Shown here in pieces: positions 1 through 12,946 of a stretch of DNA of 64,000 bases. Source of the stretch: Octopus sinensis (Eukaryota); the NCBI RefSeq assembly GCF_006345805.1, contig NC_042997.1, forward strand, positions 92,628,001-92,692,000, given 5' to 3'. The first letter of the stretch is position 1; every line of letters begins with the position of its first letter. The position numbers and the translations under genes are program-made. The notes beneath the pieces are model-generated. The model did not search any database and was not told where the DNA came from. It worked only from the letters and a program-made list of their open reading frames with translations.

Positions 1-50
1 AAGCAACAAAAGCAGCAGCAGCAGCAGTGACAACAACAGCAACAACAATC

Positions 51-408
51 CTTTCTACTATAGACACAAGGTCTGAAATATTATGGTGGGGAGGGGACTG
101 ACCCCAAAAGAATGAACGGCGAGGTCGACCTCTGTGATATTTGAACCCAGAATGTAAAACCAGAAGAAATGTCGCTTACCGTTTTGTCCGGGTGTGCTGA
201 TTCTGCCAGGTTACCGTCTTTCTCTTTCTTTGGCACAAAGCCAGTAATTCCAGGTGAGGGGTAAGTCGATTACATCGACCCCAGTTCTCAACTGATCCTT
301 ATTTTATCGACTCGAAAGGGTGAAAGGTAAAGAGGAATCTGAAGTAAGAATGTAAAGCCAGATGCAATGCTGCAAATCATTTTCTCCGGTGTGATAATAA
401 CTCTGTCA
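51..408 (-). mobile_element. Two decayed SINE-A copies in tandem (51-218, 222-408)
   Basis: Both match the SINE-A body (tcgacc...aaagg.tgaaagg...ttgaac...ttctgccag) seen intact at 16030-16268. Confidence 0.7.
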
Positions 409-635
409 GAATCTTCTTTGAAGAGTTCTATAGTCAGGGTGGGCGTGTAGAGACCCACATCAAGAGGTTTGTTGAGATCTAAGATTTCATACGAAGCATA
501 CGAGGGCATGATATCTCTAACGGATCTGCAATTATTGTATTCGATCTTATCACTCCCTTGATCAGTACCTCATTTGAAAGGTCCTAGTTCATACGATGTG
601 CATCACTGATCAATCTTCTGTTTGCTTTGAGGAGG
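395..635 (-). mobile_element. Highly decayed non-LTR retrotransposon ORF2 C-terminal remnant (RTE-like)
   Basis: Minus-strand frames give fragments SNEVL..., NLLMW..RP, T-IELFKED resembling the post-RT region; many stops and frameshifts. Confidence 0.35.
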
Positions 636-867
636 GCTGTGAACTTAATTCCAATCAAATTGGGAGAGATTTGGTTGGTATTTCCAGCTGATAAGTAATA
701 TTGACAGTTGTCGTTGTTGTTGTTGTGGCCAACACTGGGAATATGCTGAACTGTGGCCAAAAGTATTCAAACCAAGACCATCACATTAGCACTATAGTAT
801 ATCTAGAACTACATTAACCAATTTTTCTCTCCTTTTTATGATGCAAGGGTGCATTACCTTTATCTTT

Positions 868-1284
868 AACTTCTTTCAGTCATAGGATGGCAGCCATGCT
901 GGAGCACCGTCCCGAACAGTTTAGTCGCATGAATCGACCCCAGTATTTATTTTTTAAGTTTAGTACTTCCGATCTTTTTTTCCTAAACTGCTACGATGCG
1001 GGGACGCAAACAATCTCACACAGGTTGTGAAGCGGTGCGAGTGAATAAACAACGATACACACGCACGTATACACACACACGCACGTATACAAACACACGC
1101 ACGTATACACACACACGCACGATGGACTTCCACACTGTTTCCATCAATCAAATTCACTCACAAGCCACTGGTCGAACCCAGAGCTATAGCTGAAGACTTT
1201 TGCAGAAGATGTCACGCAGTTGAACCGAATCCGAAACCATGTCGTTGTTGTAAAGCAATGTATTTAGCTACACAGCCATGCCTG
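868..1284 (-). mobile_element. SINE-B (tRNA head, internal microsatellite, ...gcggtgctccagcatggc tail), decayed
   Basis: Tail gccatgctggagcaccg at about 893-910, internal (CA)n, head ...cacagccatgcctg at about 1270-1284; same layout as 44872-45272. Confidence 0.75.
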
Positions 1285-1459
1285 TATCTAAGCCTATGCT
1301 TCTTGAATACTATAATTAATTCTAGATATATTGCCTTAAACTAAAGCAGCGCAACGATCACAGTGAGAATAGAAATCTGATATTAAGTCGTCTCGATCTT
1401 TGATAACTTGTGGCGAAACAACCATTACAACAGCTTGCGCTATACTACATGACAATATA

Positions 1460-1692
1460 CAGGGTGTCTATAAATTATCTTTACAGCTTCCACAATTTAT
1501 TGTATCTGTTAAAGTTGAGATCAATCAATCAACTTCTTTGCAGCCAAAGGAGCCCATGTGGAAATGTTCTAATGTTTCTAATAAAACTTTGTTTCTTTGC
1601 TGATGTTTTCCAGTAATCTCTGGTGAATTATCCTTATTTTTCATTTTTTCCTAAATTTTTTCAAATTGTAATGGTAATTTATGGACACCCTG
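1460..1692. mobile_element. Tc1/mariner-type MITE
   Basis: TIRs cagggtgtctataaatta and taatttatggacaccctg, flanked by TA (1458-59, 1693-94). Confidence 0.85.
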
Positions 1693-2205
1693 TATTATGT
1701 TACACAATACTATACAACAGTACTCAACAGCTTTTTATGATAGCAGTGAACGGGTTCTCAGCTATGGTCTATATCCTTGGGGGTTTATATAAGATTATAT
1801 TGTTTAAAATAATGTGCAATAAATTGGTTATATTTCTACAACACACAAAATGCTTTAATATTTTAATACAATTCCTAATAATGTTTAGTTATAAAAATAT
1901 AGTAGGATTTTTTAAGCACTGAACAGCTGTAAAAGATTACTTGAGTATACAGGAATCAAAGTGATCCATAGATAAAAGACGGTTTAGAAACATTGTGTTA
2001 GATTATCAAATAGTAACATTCAGAGGAGGGACAGTTTGGACTGTCATCATAAAATTAATGGCCACTTATATGTGCAAGTATTTTCAAATTCTTACTGTTT
2101 TTTGTTTAATGGAAGCAGGGAGCAATTGAATATTTTGTCAATGTTATTTTGTATTGCTGTTGATATTGGTAATTCAACAGAAACAGAGCCAATTGTACAC
2201 ACACG

Positions 2206-2207
<2 letters not shown>

Positions 2208-2290
<83 letters not shown>

Positions 2291-2630
2291 ACACACACAC
2301 AATCACACACACTTCGATATTTGACATGTGGTGCGCCATGTACTTGTAAGAGAATGTCAGTTTGATGGTTGGAGTGAGCTAACGAGTAGCTCAAATCATC
2401 TGTGCAGGTTCTTTCAGTAGGAAATTACTGAACTGTCTTTCTCAGAATTCGAGAAGCTACCATACATACATACATACATACATACATACATACATACATA
2501 CATACATACATACATACATACATGCATGCATGCATACATACATACATACATACATACATACATACATACATACATACATACATACATACATACATACATA
2601 CATACATACATACATACATACATACATACA
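2208..2630. repeat. (CA)n at 2208-2310 and (TACA)n at 2460-2630
   Basis: Direct reading; representative of dozens of (TA)n, (CA)n and (TACA)n arrays across the window. Confidence 0.95.
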
Positions 2631-4095
2631 TTGTATGCTACGTCTTCCGACCGCATATATCTTGTTTTAATGCGGATCATTTTAAGACCTCCAGCTAAGA
2701 TGTGAGTGTCCATTTTTGTCAGCATGGTTTGCAGTTGGTCTGTAGTTTCAGCGATGAATACAATGTCATCTGCAAATCAGAGGTGTGTTAGTTGCTCGCC
2801 ATTGATGTTCACGCCACCTGTTCTTGATAATCATTTCTAGACATGTGGTAAAGAGCTTTGAAGATATGGTATCTCCTTACTCGACATCCTTCTCAATTGG
2901 GACCCTTTCTGGCAGTAGTACCAGCAGAGCTATGTCTGTTGTGCATCCATCCAAGTTTCGCATCTTTGAACAGTTTGATGCATTGTGCCTCGACACCTTG
3001 AATTTCCAGAGATCTCAACACTGCGCTCATCCCGACGCTTTTGAAGGCCTTTTCGTAACCAACAAAACACAGAAGAAGCTTGTATTCGTAAGCTCCTTCT
3101 ATGATGAGCTGTGTTAGAATGAATATATAATCTATCGTACAATAGTACTTACGGAAAACTACTTGCTCTCTCTGCTGTTGGTCGTCGAGGTGCTTCCATA
3201 GTCTGGTGACTATGACCTTTGTAAACAGCTTATAGATGAGACAAAGGGCATATGAGACGATAGTTACTTTAAATCTTCTATATCACCCTTCTTATGAAGC
3301 AGGATGATATTTGACTCTTTTAAGGTATTTTACCCTCTTTCAGATAGTGATTGAAGTGTAGAACGAGAATTTTCCACAGCTCTTCACCTCTGCATCTGTT
3401 GTAATGCCATCTTACCACGGAACTTTGTCTGTTTTCATCAATTTGAAAGCATTGTCAATTTCATTGATCAGAAAAAGTTGCACTTCTTCAAGCATTTGTG
3501 GTGGTGGGGAATGGTTTGCATACCTCCTCCATTTCTCCGTTGTCTGCCACCGTGAACCCATCCATGTTATTAAGCGCCGTTACATCCGACCTATAGAGAG
3601 CCAGCCTTCTCTTGCATCTTTAAAAATTTTTCCTTTCATCTGCAGTCTGTATCAATTTATTCAGTCTATAATTCTTGAAGTCGTTTCTTAGATCACTTTG
3701 CAGAAAACGGAATGCTCGAGATGATCCTTCATGTTCCTTTTCATAGTTTCTTTGTTTCTCTCGCATTTTCTTCGTCTCCTCCGAGATTCTTCCGCCTGAC
3801 TTGAAGTTTTTGCTTTCCATATGCTGCTTCTAATTTACTGGACCAGCAGATTGTAGTCCTTATCGAAATCTTCAAGTTCACTCCAGCTTTCCTTCATGAT
3901 AGCTTCCTGCAACTCTCTTACATCAAAAGCCTTGCCGAGTTGATTCTTAATTGATTTTTGCAGAGCCTTTTTCTCTCTGTTTTCATTAATCACGATCTTT
4001 GCCCGTAGCAAGCGATGATCATTTCTTGTGTTTGAATACGATACGTGCCTGTGTTGAATATCATGCATGCAGATTCTTCAATAGCACCGTTCTAC
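2630..4095 (-). mobile_element. RTE-clade LINE: endonuclease end, linker and RT domain (inverted segment)
   Basis: Minus-strand frames give NDHRLLRAKI (EN end), EQ..FRK, GYEKAF..V and, across frameshifts, NGEQLTHL.FADDIV...KMIRIKTRYM; many stops and frameshifts. Confidence 0.85.
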
Positions 4096-4435
4096 ATGCG
4101 CCTTTATACTGGTTACGATGCATTACGAGAGCATATTGGAAATGAGATAATCCGAGAGCTGGGCGAAGTGAACGATGTGATCGCAGAACTACGAACGCTC
4201 AAGTACTGCAGGGCCGGACATGCCGCAAGATAGACAACAGGTAGACCTGTACAGTTGCCGAGTGGTATCCAAGAGATCGGAAAAAGTCACGAGGAACGTC
4301 TCCGCGACAGTGGGAAGAAGATTTAGTTAAATAATTTGGGCCAGGATGGAAAAGAAAGGCACGATCAAGCCAGAATTGAAAGCGCATTGTGACCAGCGGT
4401 GTGTACAAATATTTGATGGACTGGTCGGTACTGTG
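4096..4435 (+). mobile_element. RTE-clade LINE ORF2 3' end (sense segment)
   Basis: Plus-strand ALREHIGNEIIRE...KYCRAGHAAR and EWYPRDRKKSRGTSPRQWEEDL, matching the RTE C-terminal W.WAGH..R / EW.PR..KR.RGRP..RW.DD motif. Confidence 0.8.
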
Positions 4436-4462
4436 ATATATGTATATGTATATATATATGTA

Positions 4463-4504
<42 letters not shown>

Positions 4505-4506
<2 letters not shown>

Positions 4507-4553
4507 CCATGTGGTTGGGAAGCAAGCCTCTTATCACACAGCCACGCTTGCGC

Positions 4554-4592
<39 letters not shown>

Positions 4593-4595
4593 TAT

Positions 4596-4632
<37 letters not shown>

Positions 4633-4928
4633 TTTTTTAGATACCAATACATCTCATGTATATATATATAATATATAATATATATATATATATTGTGTGT
4701 GTGTGTGTGTATATATATGTATTATATGTATGTATGTATGTTGTAGTATTATGTTGTATGTATGTACGTATCTTTGTGTTGTGTTTGTCCGTTCACCATC
4801 GGCAAAAGAGACCGATTGGATAAGTACTAAGCTTACAAAGAATAAGTACTTCGTCTAAACCATTTTAAGTTGGGGCTCTAGCATGGCCGCAGCCAAAGAC
4901 TGAAACAAGTAAAAGAATAAAAGAAAAT
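4505..4928. mobile_element. SINE-B fragments: head (-) at 4505-4556 and tail (+) at about 4760-4928
   Basis: aaccatgtggttgggaagcaagc head; tail ...gctctagcatggccgcagccaaagactgaaacaagtaaaagaa. Confidence 0.7.
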
Positions 4929-5214
4929 AAGCATATATATATATATATATATATGCATACTTGTATATGTGTGAGTGTGCTGGAATATGTATATTTATGT
5001 ATGCATGTATGTTGTGTTTGTTTATATATATATATACGTATGTATATATATATATATATATATACATAATATAATATAACATATATATATATATATATAT
5101 ACATATATATACATACATGCATACACACACACACATATAGATAGATAGAGAGATAGATAGATATTATATATCTGTATGTGTGAGTGTATGTGTGTGTGTG
5201 CGAGGGGGAAAGAG

Positions 5215-5245
<31 letters not shown>

Positions 5246-5867
5246 AATAGATGTATTTGCAATTCATTCATGCATATCTAGATAAGCAAGAAATAAATTT
5301 TCATTATCTTTCTGTATCACTTTTCCTTTCACAAGACATTATAAAGCGTTCATTTTTCATTTCTGTTTCTCTCGACAGTATTACCTGATATCACTGAGAT
5401 TCCTCGAGAGTTTTGCATGTTACTCGATCATCTGTTATCATTGATTGAACGGTTTCTCTTCCAGTGATACCTGAGTCAGACAGCTCTCACAATCTAGCTC
5501 AGGTAATATCTATTAAATATTTTCGTTTCATCGTGGTAATTCCACTTACAGTTTATTAATTTCGAAACTTATTTTCTTTCTTCTCTTCCTCATAGAATAG
5601 CTATAAGGATTATTTCGCAACCTACTCTTTGCTCCTGCTTTTTAAGTTTACCAAAGGATATCTAACTCATTTCTATTGCGCAAGCTCTCACACCCACACA
5701 TTCCGCCTTTCGCTTCACTGCACAGGAGACCGACTCAATTCAGAGTCTCTCGACCAGCTACAAATTGCAGCCAAATTTTCCTGAAATTACACACTATTAT
5801 CTTTATAATGAACAAAATAATAATTTAATAAAATTTGCATACTTATTATTTTCTTCATTATTAGACA

Positions 5868-6028
5868 CAAGCACAGCTGGGCGGTGAAGAAGCTCACTTT
5901 GCAACCACATAATTTTGGGTTCAGTTCTACTGTCCGGTAACTTGGGAAAGTGTCTTCTAGTATTGCCCTGGGACGACCAATGCTTTGTGAGTGAGGTTTG
6001 GTAGATAGAAACTGTGTGGAAGTCTGTC

Positions 6029-6064
<36 letters not shown>

Positions 6065-6218
6065 GACGGTCTTGATTCATTTCTGTTTACAAATCCACGG
6101 GCATTGGTCAAGCCCCGTGGCTGTATAGAGGACACTGCCAGAAGGCACAGCAGTAGGACTGAACCCGGAACCATGTGGGTTGGGAAAGCAAGCTCCTTAC
6201 ACCACAGCATTGATGTGC
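5868..6218. mobile_element. Two inverted SINE-B heads joined through one (TA)n array
   Basis: Head (+) 5868-6030 ends ...gtctgtcg, then (TA)n, then cgacgg... head (-) 6064-6218; no tails. Confidence 0.7.
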
Positions 6219-6276
6219 CTATATATATAATATTATATATATATATATATATCTATATATAGGCCTATTGCTATAT

Positions 6277-6321
<45 letters not shown>

Positions 6322-6650
6322 GAATGCTGAGCCCCTTCGGTCACGACTAGAAAGTTACACTTCCAGGCACAAGCAAGCCGGGGAAGGTTGTTTATGGAAA
6401 ACCAGCAGTCGTCCATGCATACTAGCCTCCACTCTCCACGCCACTGATGTTATCCAAGGGAACTGCAAAGGCCGATACAGCTTAGCACCTGTGACGTCGC
6501 AACTCATTTCCACATCTGAGTGAACTGGAGCAACGTGAAATAAAGTGTCTTGCTCAAGAATGCAACACGCAGCCCGGTCCGGGATTCGAACTCACAACCT
6601 CGCGATCGTAAGCTTGTAACCTCGCGATCGTAACCACTGAGCCATGCGCC
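6322..6650 (-). mobile_element. SINE-C subtype (tRNA head ggcgcatggctcagtggtt...gttcgaatcc, cttgagcaagacact core)
   Basis: A box and B box on minus; small internal duplication acgatcgcgaggtt in the head. Confidence 0.75.
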
Positions 6651-6653
6651 TTC

Positions 6654-6701
<48 letters not shown>

Positions 6702-7074
6702 ATACATACATACGCACACACATACGTATGTGTATGTTTGTGCCAGTGTGTGCCTCGCCTGACAACCATTGTTTCTTTTACGTCCCTGTAACCAAACATG
6801 AACACAAACACGCACACACACATATATACACGCATTTGCATGCTCGCACATACGCACTTAAATGCTCTTTCCTTGCAAATTATTTGTTGTTTCTTCCAAC
6901 ATCTAAACTAAGCATTAACATCATCAACATCATCAACCTTGTCTATTCATTCATTCATATACCGCAGTCAAACATAGAAAGTATATAAGCTCTGTCTTTC
7001 CTCTTCAGAAGAACAAAATTAAATTGTTCCTGTGTTTGTTTTTGTTTGTTTGTATGTGTGTGTACGTGTGTGTG

Positions 7075-7107
<33 letters not shown>

Positions 7108-7694
7108 CATACACCACACACATGCATGCATACATACATATATTGTTTTGAAAACTTAGTCATGCTTCACAGATTCTACTCTGATTTGGTCGGTATCTTA
7201 TCTGTTGATAGCTTTGGGAATACTTATTTAACACGGCGTGTGAGCTGCCAGGATGTCAACAGGATTCCAGATGTTGAAATATACGTTGGAAGACCACTGA
7301 GCACTTTTGACAGAATGTAGAGAATAATAGGTAAATAAGGTGTTAACATCGATTGCTTACATACTCATCAAATCAATCGTTTATTAGTAGAAGGGTATAG
7401 TTGTAATCAATTGAATCATCTTTCTTTCGTTAATGACATTTATCTTATGGATAGATGCAAAACCAAATCAACACCAGCAGGATTTGAACCGAAAATGGAG
7501 AGGAATGGAATTAAATACTGTACTGGTGTTTCGTTTGACATTCTATAATTTCTGCCCACCATTTCTTTCAAATTAAGCGATGAAGAGACCTATCCATAGT
7601 CGCTGTACGGATATTGGCGTTGTATCAAAGGTAGATTTCAACATTTTTATAATCCAAAAATGAGTAATCATTGCATATTAATATTGTTTTTAAA

Positions 7695-7891
7695 TTTTGG
7701 CACAAGCCCAGTAATGTCGGGTGAGGGGGTAAGTCGATTACATCGACCCCAGTGTTCAACTGGTACTTATTTTATCATCGACCCCGAAAGGATGAAAGGC
7801 AAATCGACCTCGGGAGAATTTTAACTTAGAACGTAAAGACGGACGAAATACTGCTAAGCAATTTTCAGGCTAGTGATTCTGCCAGCTTGCC
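7695..7891 (-). mobile_element. SINE-A
   Basis: Full body and head; head ends 10 bp from the mariner left end. Confidence 0.8.
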
Positions 7892-7901
7892 ATATTATTA
7901 A

Positions 7902-9168
7902 TACTAGAGTATTAAAGATTTCCCCTGATCAACTTCCCAAGGACTGGGATAAACGAAACTCGATATAATTATTAGTCCTTCTCTACATAGCCACCACCAA
8001 CGGCGACACACTTCTCCCATCGCTTTATGCAGTTGTGAAGACCTCGTCCATAGAAGTCGGTGACTTGCGCCTGGAGCCAATACTTTATCTCGAAAATAAG
8101 TTCATCATCATCTGAAAAGTGCTTTCCCTTCAAAAGAGTCTTCGTGGTTGGAAAGAGGCGGAAGTCAGATGGTGCGAAGTCGAGAGAGTAAGAGGGATGA
8201 GTAAGGATTTCATAGCAACAGAAATGTGCTTTCATCTGGGCAACGTGCACATTGTGAAGTGTGTTATCTTGGAGGAGGCGGATTCCTTTGGTCAGCATGC
8301 CACGCCTCTCTGCTTTGATGGTGTCCCGCAATTTTGACTGCAGAGAAGCATAATATGCCCCGTTATTTGTGATGCTCTTTGCCATCATCACTACTTAGCG
8401 CTGGTCCCAAAAGACTGTGTTGCCTGCTGAGGGTTAGACACGAGCCTTCTTTGGAGGTGGTGAGTTATCATGCTTTCATTGCTTCGACTGGACTTTAGTC
8501 TCAGGATCATAGTGATGGACTCATGTCTCATCATGTGTAATAAGTCTACCGAAAAAGTCATCGTTTTCTTGGCACATTGCCAAAAGAGCCTGGGAGCAAA
8601 TGACTCGTTCCTGCTTCTGTAAAGGTGTGAGCATCTAGGGAATCCATCGTGCAGACAACTTCCGCATGTGCAAATATTGGTGAATAATTTTTTCCACGGA
8701 CTCAGCAATTATCTTCATTTGTTGGGCTAGTTGCTGAATAGTTATGCGGCGATCCTCGAAAATAGCAGTTTCCACTTTATGGATGGTGCTGTCATCAATG
8801 GTGGAATGTGGTCGTGAGGAATAGGAGCAGTTTCCACCGATGTCCGACACATTTGAACTGGAGATGCCAGTGCTTGACTACGTTGTATGATGGTGCATCG
8901 TCACTATAAACTTATTTCATCTCATCGAAAGCCTGTTTTGGTGTACGACCTTTTAAGTATAAGAACCTGATCACTGATCTGCATTCAACTGCCTCCTTTA
9001 GAACACCTTAATCCACTTCAGCAGCCATAAAGGACAAACGAATGCTAGTGGAAAGCTGCAATTTACAATGTGACATGTAGAGACATGTATGATTATACCT
9101 GTCCAACTTCGGTTTCCTGCAATAACCGGAAGTGGGCCAGGGGAAATATGTAATGAACACCCCTCGTA
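7902..9168 (-). mobile_element. Full-length but inactivated mariner (D,D34D) transposon
   Basis: N-terminal HTH (RSVIRFLYLKG), LSARWIP, HDET, QDN, HPSYSLDFAPSDF, RWEKCV...GGYVEKD across frameshifted ORFs 7972-8850. TIR remnants atttcccctgatcaacttcc (7918-37) and ggaagtgggccaggggaaat (9128-47) match 17/20. About 1.27 kb, TA at 9167-68. Confidence 0.92.
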
Positions 9169-9179
9169 TTTTAAAATAA

Positions 9180-9380
9180 GGTGGAGAGCTAGCAGAATCG
9201 TTAGCACGCCGGGCGAAATGTTTTAGTGGCATTTCGTCCGCCTTTACGTTCTGTGTTCAAATTCCGCCGAGATTGACTTTGCCTTTCATTCTTTCGGGAA
9301 CGATAAAATAAGTACCAGTTGATGTAATCGACTTACTTCTCCTCCAAAACTGCTGGCCTTCTACCAGAATTTGAAACCAA
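9180..9380 (+). mobile_element. SINE-A
   Basis: ggtggagagctagcagaatcgttagcacgccgggcgaaatg...gttcaaattccgccg (A and B boxes). Confidence 0.85.
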
Positions 9381-10121
9381 TATCAAATTTTATCATTCGT
9401 GGGACTTTGCTAGTTGATTAAAATGACCTTAGAGTATTACTGGTACTTATTTTATGATCCCACCCCTGAGGACGAAAAGTAAAGTCAGAGTCGATCGATA
9501 AAATAAAGTACCAGTCAAATAGTAGGATCATTATAATGGGCTATACTCCTCCCTCGAGTTTGAGACCTTGATATGTAAAGTATATCGATAGTACTCTGAA
9601 ACTAGATTTGTCCCTCGACTGCCTGCTTTTAAATACCATCAAAGTAGCACTGTTTACATGCTAAGCTTGCTTTATGGGACTTATAACCTCTTCCCTATAA
9701 AAGGATGTACATAAATAAGTAGTAAATGTTAATTAAAACAAAATCAACGGTGGTGATCATGAATGCCTTCATAGATGTTCATAATCATGAAGGCTGCTTT
9801 TAAGTGTTCTGTATTTAAACGTGGCTAACTTCTACACTCTCTCTTGGAGAGGCACAGATATTCCTTGCTGGCAAGAGCAGGTCAAGGCAGACATGAATTG
9901 TGGTCCTTGCTGTGGTTAGCTGAAAAATGCTGAGAATTCCTAGCAAATATTCGACCTCAATGTTAACATTTAACGTTGCTTCTTTTACTGGTTTCTCTCA
10001 CAGTCCTCGCTTCTAAGATAGCCTCTACTAAGAACCAATGTTTTAACCATGGGAAGCAAGTGTATTTAACTACCTGAGGCTTTAGATACCAACATATTCT
10101 ATTGTTAATAAGTAAAAAGTA

Positions 10122-10331
10122 CCATATTTTCCGTCATACAAGACGACATAATATATAATGTAAACATGTAGTGTAAATATTTAAATATCATCATTGTCTT
10201 TCCAAAACCTGATGTATTTCACGTGGAATAATTTTTGGTCCTCCAAAGTCGTCTTGGCATATAAATTGACCCATTTTTTTTGGTTGTAAATTTGGTCTGA
10301 AAAATTCGACTTGTAAGCCGGAAAAATATGA
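10122..10331. mobile_element. Tc2/pogo-type MITE
   Basis: Imperfect TIRs ccatattttccgtcatacaagacgac and ttcgacttgtaagccggaaaaatatga, TA on both sides. Confidence 0.65.
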
Positions 10332-11220
10332 TAATTTAAAAGAATAGAAAGAGTGGGCGAAACAAATTATGAACTGTATATTCCCTAAAAGCTTTACGCC
10401 TCGTTGTATTAAATTCGAAATCTGCTGAAACTGATTTTATTTTTCATTGCACGGAATCAATGTTACCAGTGTCAATTCGATCGACAGTGCCTCTCTCCAA
10501 AGAAATCGACCTTATACCTACTTTCACCTCTGATGTTTTCCTTCCAGACTTACAAGGGCCGTTTTCTATATATCTATTTCCTATTTGTTGAAGAAAATGT
10601 AATCTTCAAGAAGAAATTTCACAGTCATAAAGTAGTTAAAATCTTGATGCATTTTCCAGTGTCGTCTTTCACGGATTCTTGTTTGGTCTAAATTAATATT
10701 TGATATGAACCATGGGAAACGAAAATTGTTGCTCTTATATTGTCAGTTGAACAGGGAGGTCTTTACTAAAAGGATTCTTTGTCCTTTTTGTATGTTTGTA
10801 ACTTTTCCAATTCTGGTTATGCTAGAGTACAACTGAAGTAGTTTTAAGTTTCTCACTATAAACAGATCTTTGTCTACAATAGCTTAAATTTTAAACCCTT
10901 ATTCTTTTCTCAGCAGATAGCCTCAAATTTCACACTTGAAATAACAAACATGATTACAATTCCAAGCTAAGACTTCAAATAATTTTCCATTGGTTAAGTT
11001 GCATATTTGCTAACTCGCAAAAAAATATCTGTACATGAAGGATCTGTGTTCAACTTCGCTTTGTGTTAAAATCCAATCCTTCCCTCTTGTTATAAACCAA
11101 GCATCATATTCGTTGCGAATACAATAAACTCCCCATGGCCCAGTCTACGTAGCTTTAAATAGATGCCATGGGGTAAGACAGTTCATCGCTAATAGAAGCA
11201 GTACCTCTTTCTATAACTGA

Positions 11221-11424
11221 TTTCAAATTTTGGCACTAGGTCAGCAAGGGGTGGGGTAAGTCTATTACATTGACTCCAGAACTCAACTGGTACTTATTTT
11301 ATCGACTCCGATAAGATGAAAGGTAAAGTTGACCTTGGCGGAATTTGAACTTAGAACGTAAGGACGAACGAAATGCTGCAAAGCATTTCTTCCGGTGTGA
11401 TAACGATTCTGCTAGCTTGCCACC
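11221..11424 (-). mobile_element. SINE-A
   Basis: Body and head match 7695-7891. Confidence 0.8.
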
Positions 11425-11650
11425 TTATCTCTTTCTATCATAGGTAAATATTTTGTTTAGTATTGAGTTCAATTAGTGTCGCATAGATTGATGAGCTGGA
11501 TTGCCTCAGGTAGATTACAATAATACATCTTTAAGTGGTACCGAACGAATTCTCTGTTCTCTCTCTCTCTCTTTTACACTCACACACACACTAGTTTGAG
11601 TGTGCATGTATGTATGAGTGTTTGTGTGTGTGTGTGGTGTGTGTGTGTGT

Positions 11651-11711
<61 letters not shown>

Positions 11712-11816
11712 TTGAGTCTAACACTGAAACAATAGTTTTTTTTTATATGTATAAACTAGTAATATACTTGAAATTACTCCAGTTGTCTTCTTTATGATAA
11801 TATAATTACTGTATTA

Positions 11817-12018
11817 GGCGGCGAGCTGGCAGAATCATTACCGCATCGGACAAAATATTGACTACATTTCTTCTGATTCTTTACGTTCTGAATTCATTCC
11901 ACCTAGGTCAACTATGCTTTATATCCTTTTGTAGTCGATAAAATAAGTACCAGAGTATACTGGGGTCGATGTAATCAATTTCTCCCTCCTCTAAAAATTT
12001 CTGCGTTGTACCGAAATT
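11817..12018 (+). mobile_element. SINE-A
   Basis: ggcggcgagctggcagaatc head and gtcgataaaataagtaccag body. Confidence 0.8.
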
Positions 12019-12444
12019 AGGAAGGATATAGATACGGTATAGAAAACATTGTGACTATGCAACCATCCCCACCACACAGACACAAGGCCTCCTATTTATA
12101 AGCGGTGTTGAGGGTATTTTTATAGTTTAATTTCAGAAGAGACATCGTTCATAGCTTTTATATCGTAGAAAGGTAATTATACTTTTCTTGCAATACGTAA
12201 CTGGCACAGAACTGATTACAGTTTTAAAAATTCGCCAAGTTAACTCAATAAAGGTAGTATGGTGCTGATTGTTGCTGCTGTGCGATCTTTTAATGTAGAA
12301 AGAATGAAATGTATTGATAAAGTAATCAGTCAATTTTATGGCACGATTATACATACATACATACATACATACATACATACATACATACATACATACATAC
12401 ATACAGACATGCATACATACGTACGTACATACATACATGCATAC

Positions 12445-12946
12445 ATTATTATGGCTGGCCCCTCGTTATCGAGTATGGCCATTGCACGAAGCTTAACTGT
12501 TACTGGTGCTGTGATCGAATGTGACTTTCTAGCCCAGCTAAAGATCTACAATGTCTTGTACAGAATTGGCAACTAAAACCTTTACCGATAATAGCCGGCT
12601 GTAGTTGTAACTGGGCTTCATGTACCTTTGCATGTCGTTTAAGTCCTCCTACCGAATTACACTTTCTTCCACATGCCCGACAGATATGATTAGTATGGTG
12701 TGTTACACCACCACCAGTGGCCAGGTTGTCATTCATCTCTCTCGCTTTATGACTACGAAGATGACTCTTGAGTCCAGCTTTACTGAGGCAGGGTCTTGCA
12801 CAGACACTGCATGTCAGCATCATAGGAAGACCCTTCCCATTTGGAAGTGTAACAGCGATGCCCTTCCTGACATCCCTCCTTACTTTCTCATGTGCAACTC
12901 GAGATTTCTCAAAAGTGGCTGTCCCCTCGTTCACAATCCTTCTCCA
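12445..12946 (-). mobile_element. 5'-truncated RTE-clade LINE 3' end with three C2H2-like zinc fingers
   Basis: Open frame WRRIVNEG..FE..R...CSVCARPCLSKAGLKSHLRSH...CRACGRKCNSVGGLKRHAKVH...CQFCTRHCRSLAGLESHIRSQHQ*. The WR..V..G..FE motif is the RTE ORF2 tail. Short 3' UTR and (TAA)-like end; embedded in (CATA)n. Confidence 0.8.

Noticed and set aside
5379-5502. Acceptor/donor-bounded segment
   Set aside because: Stops in all three frames from the main acceptor; nothing to link it to.
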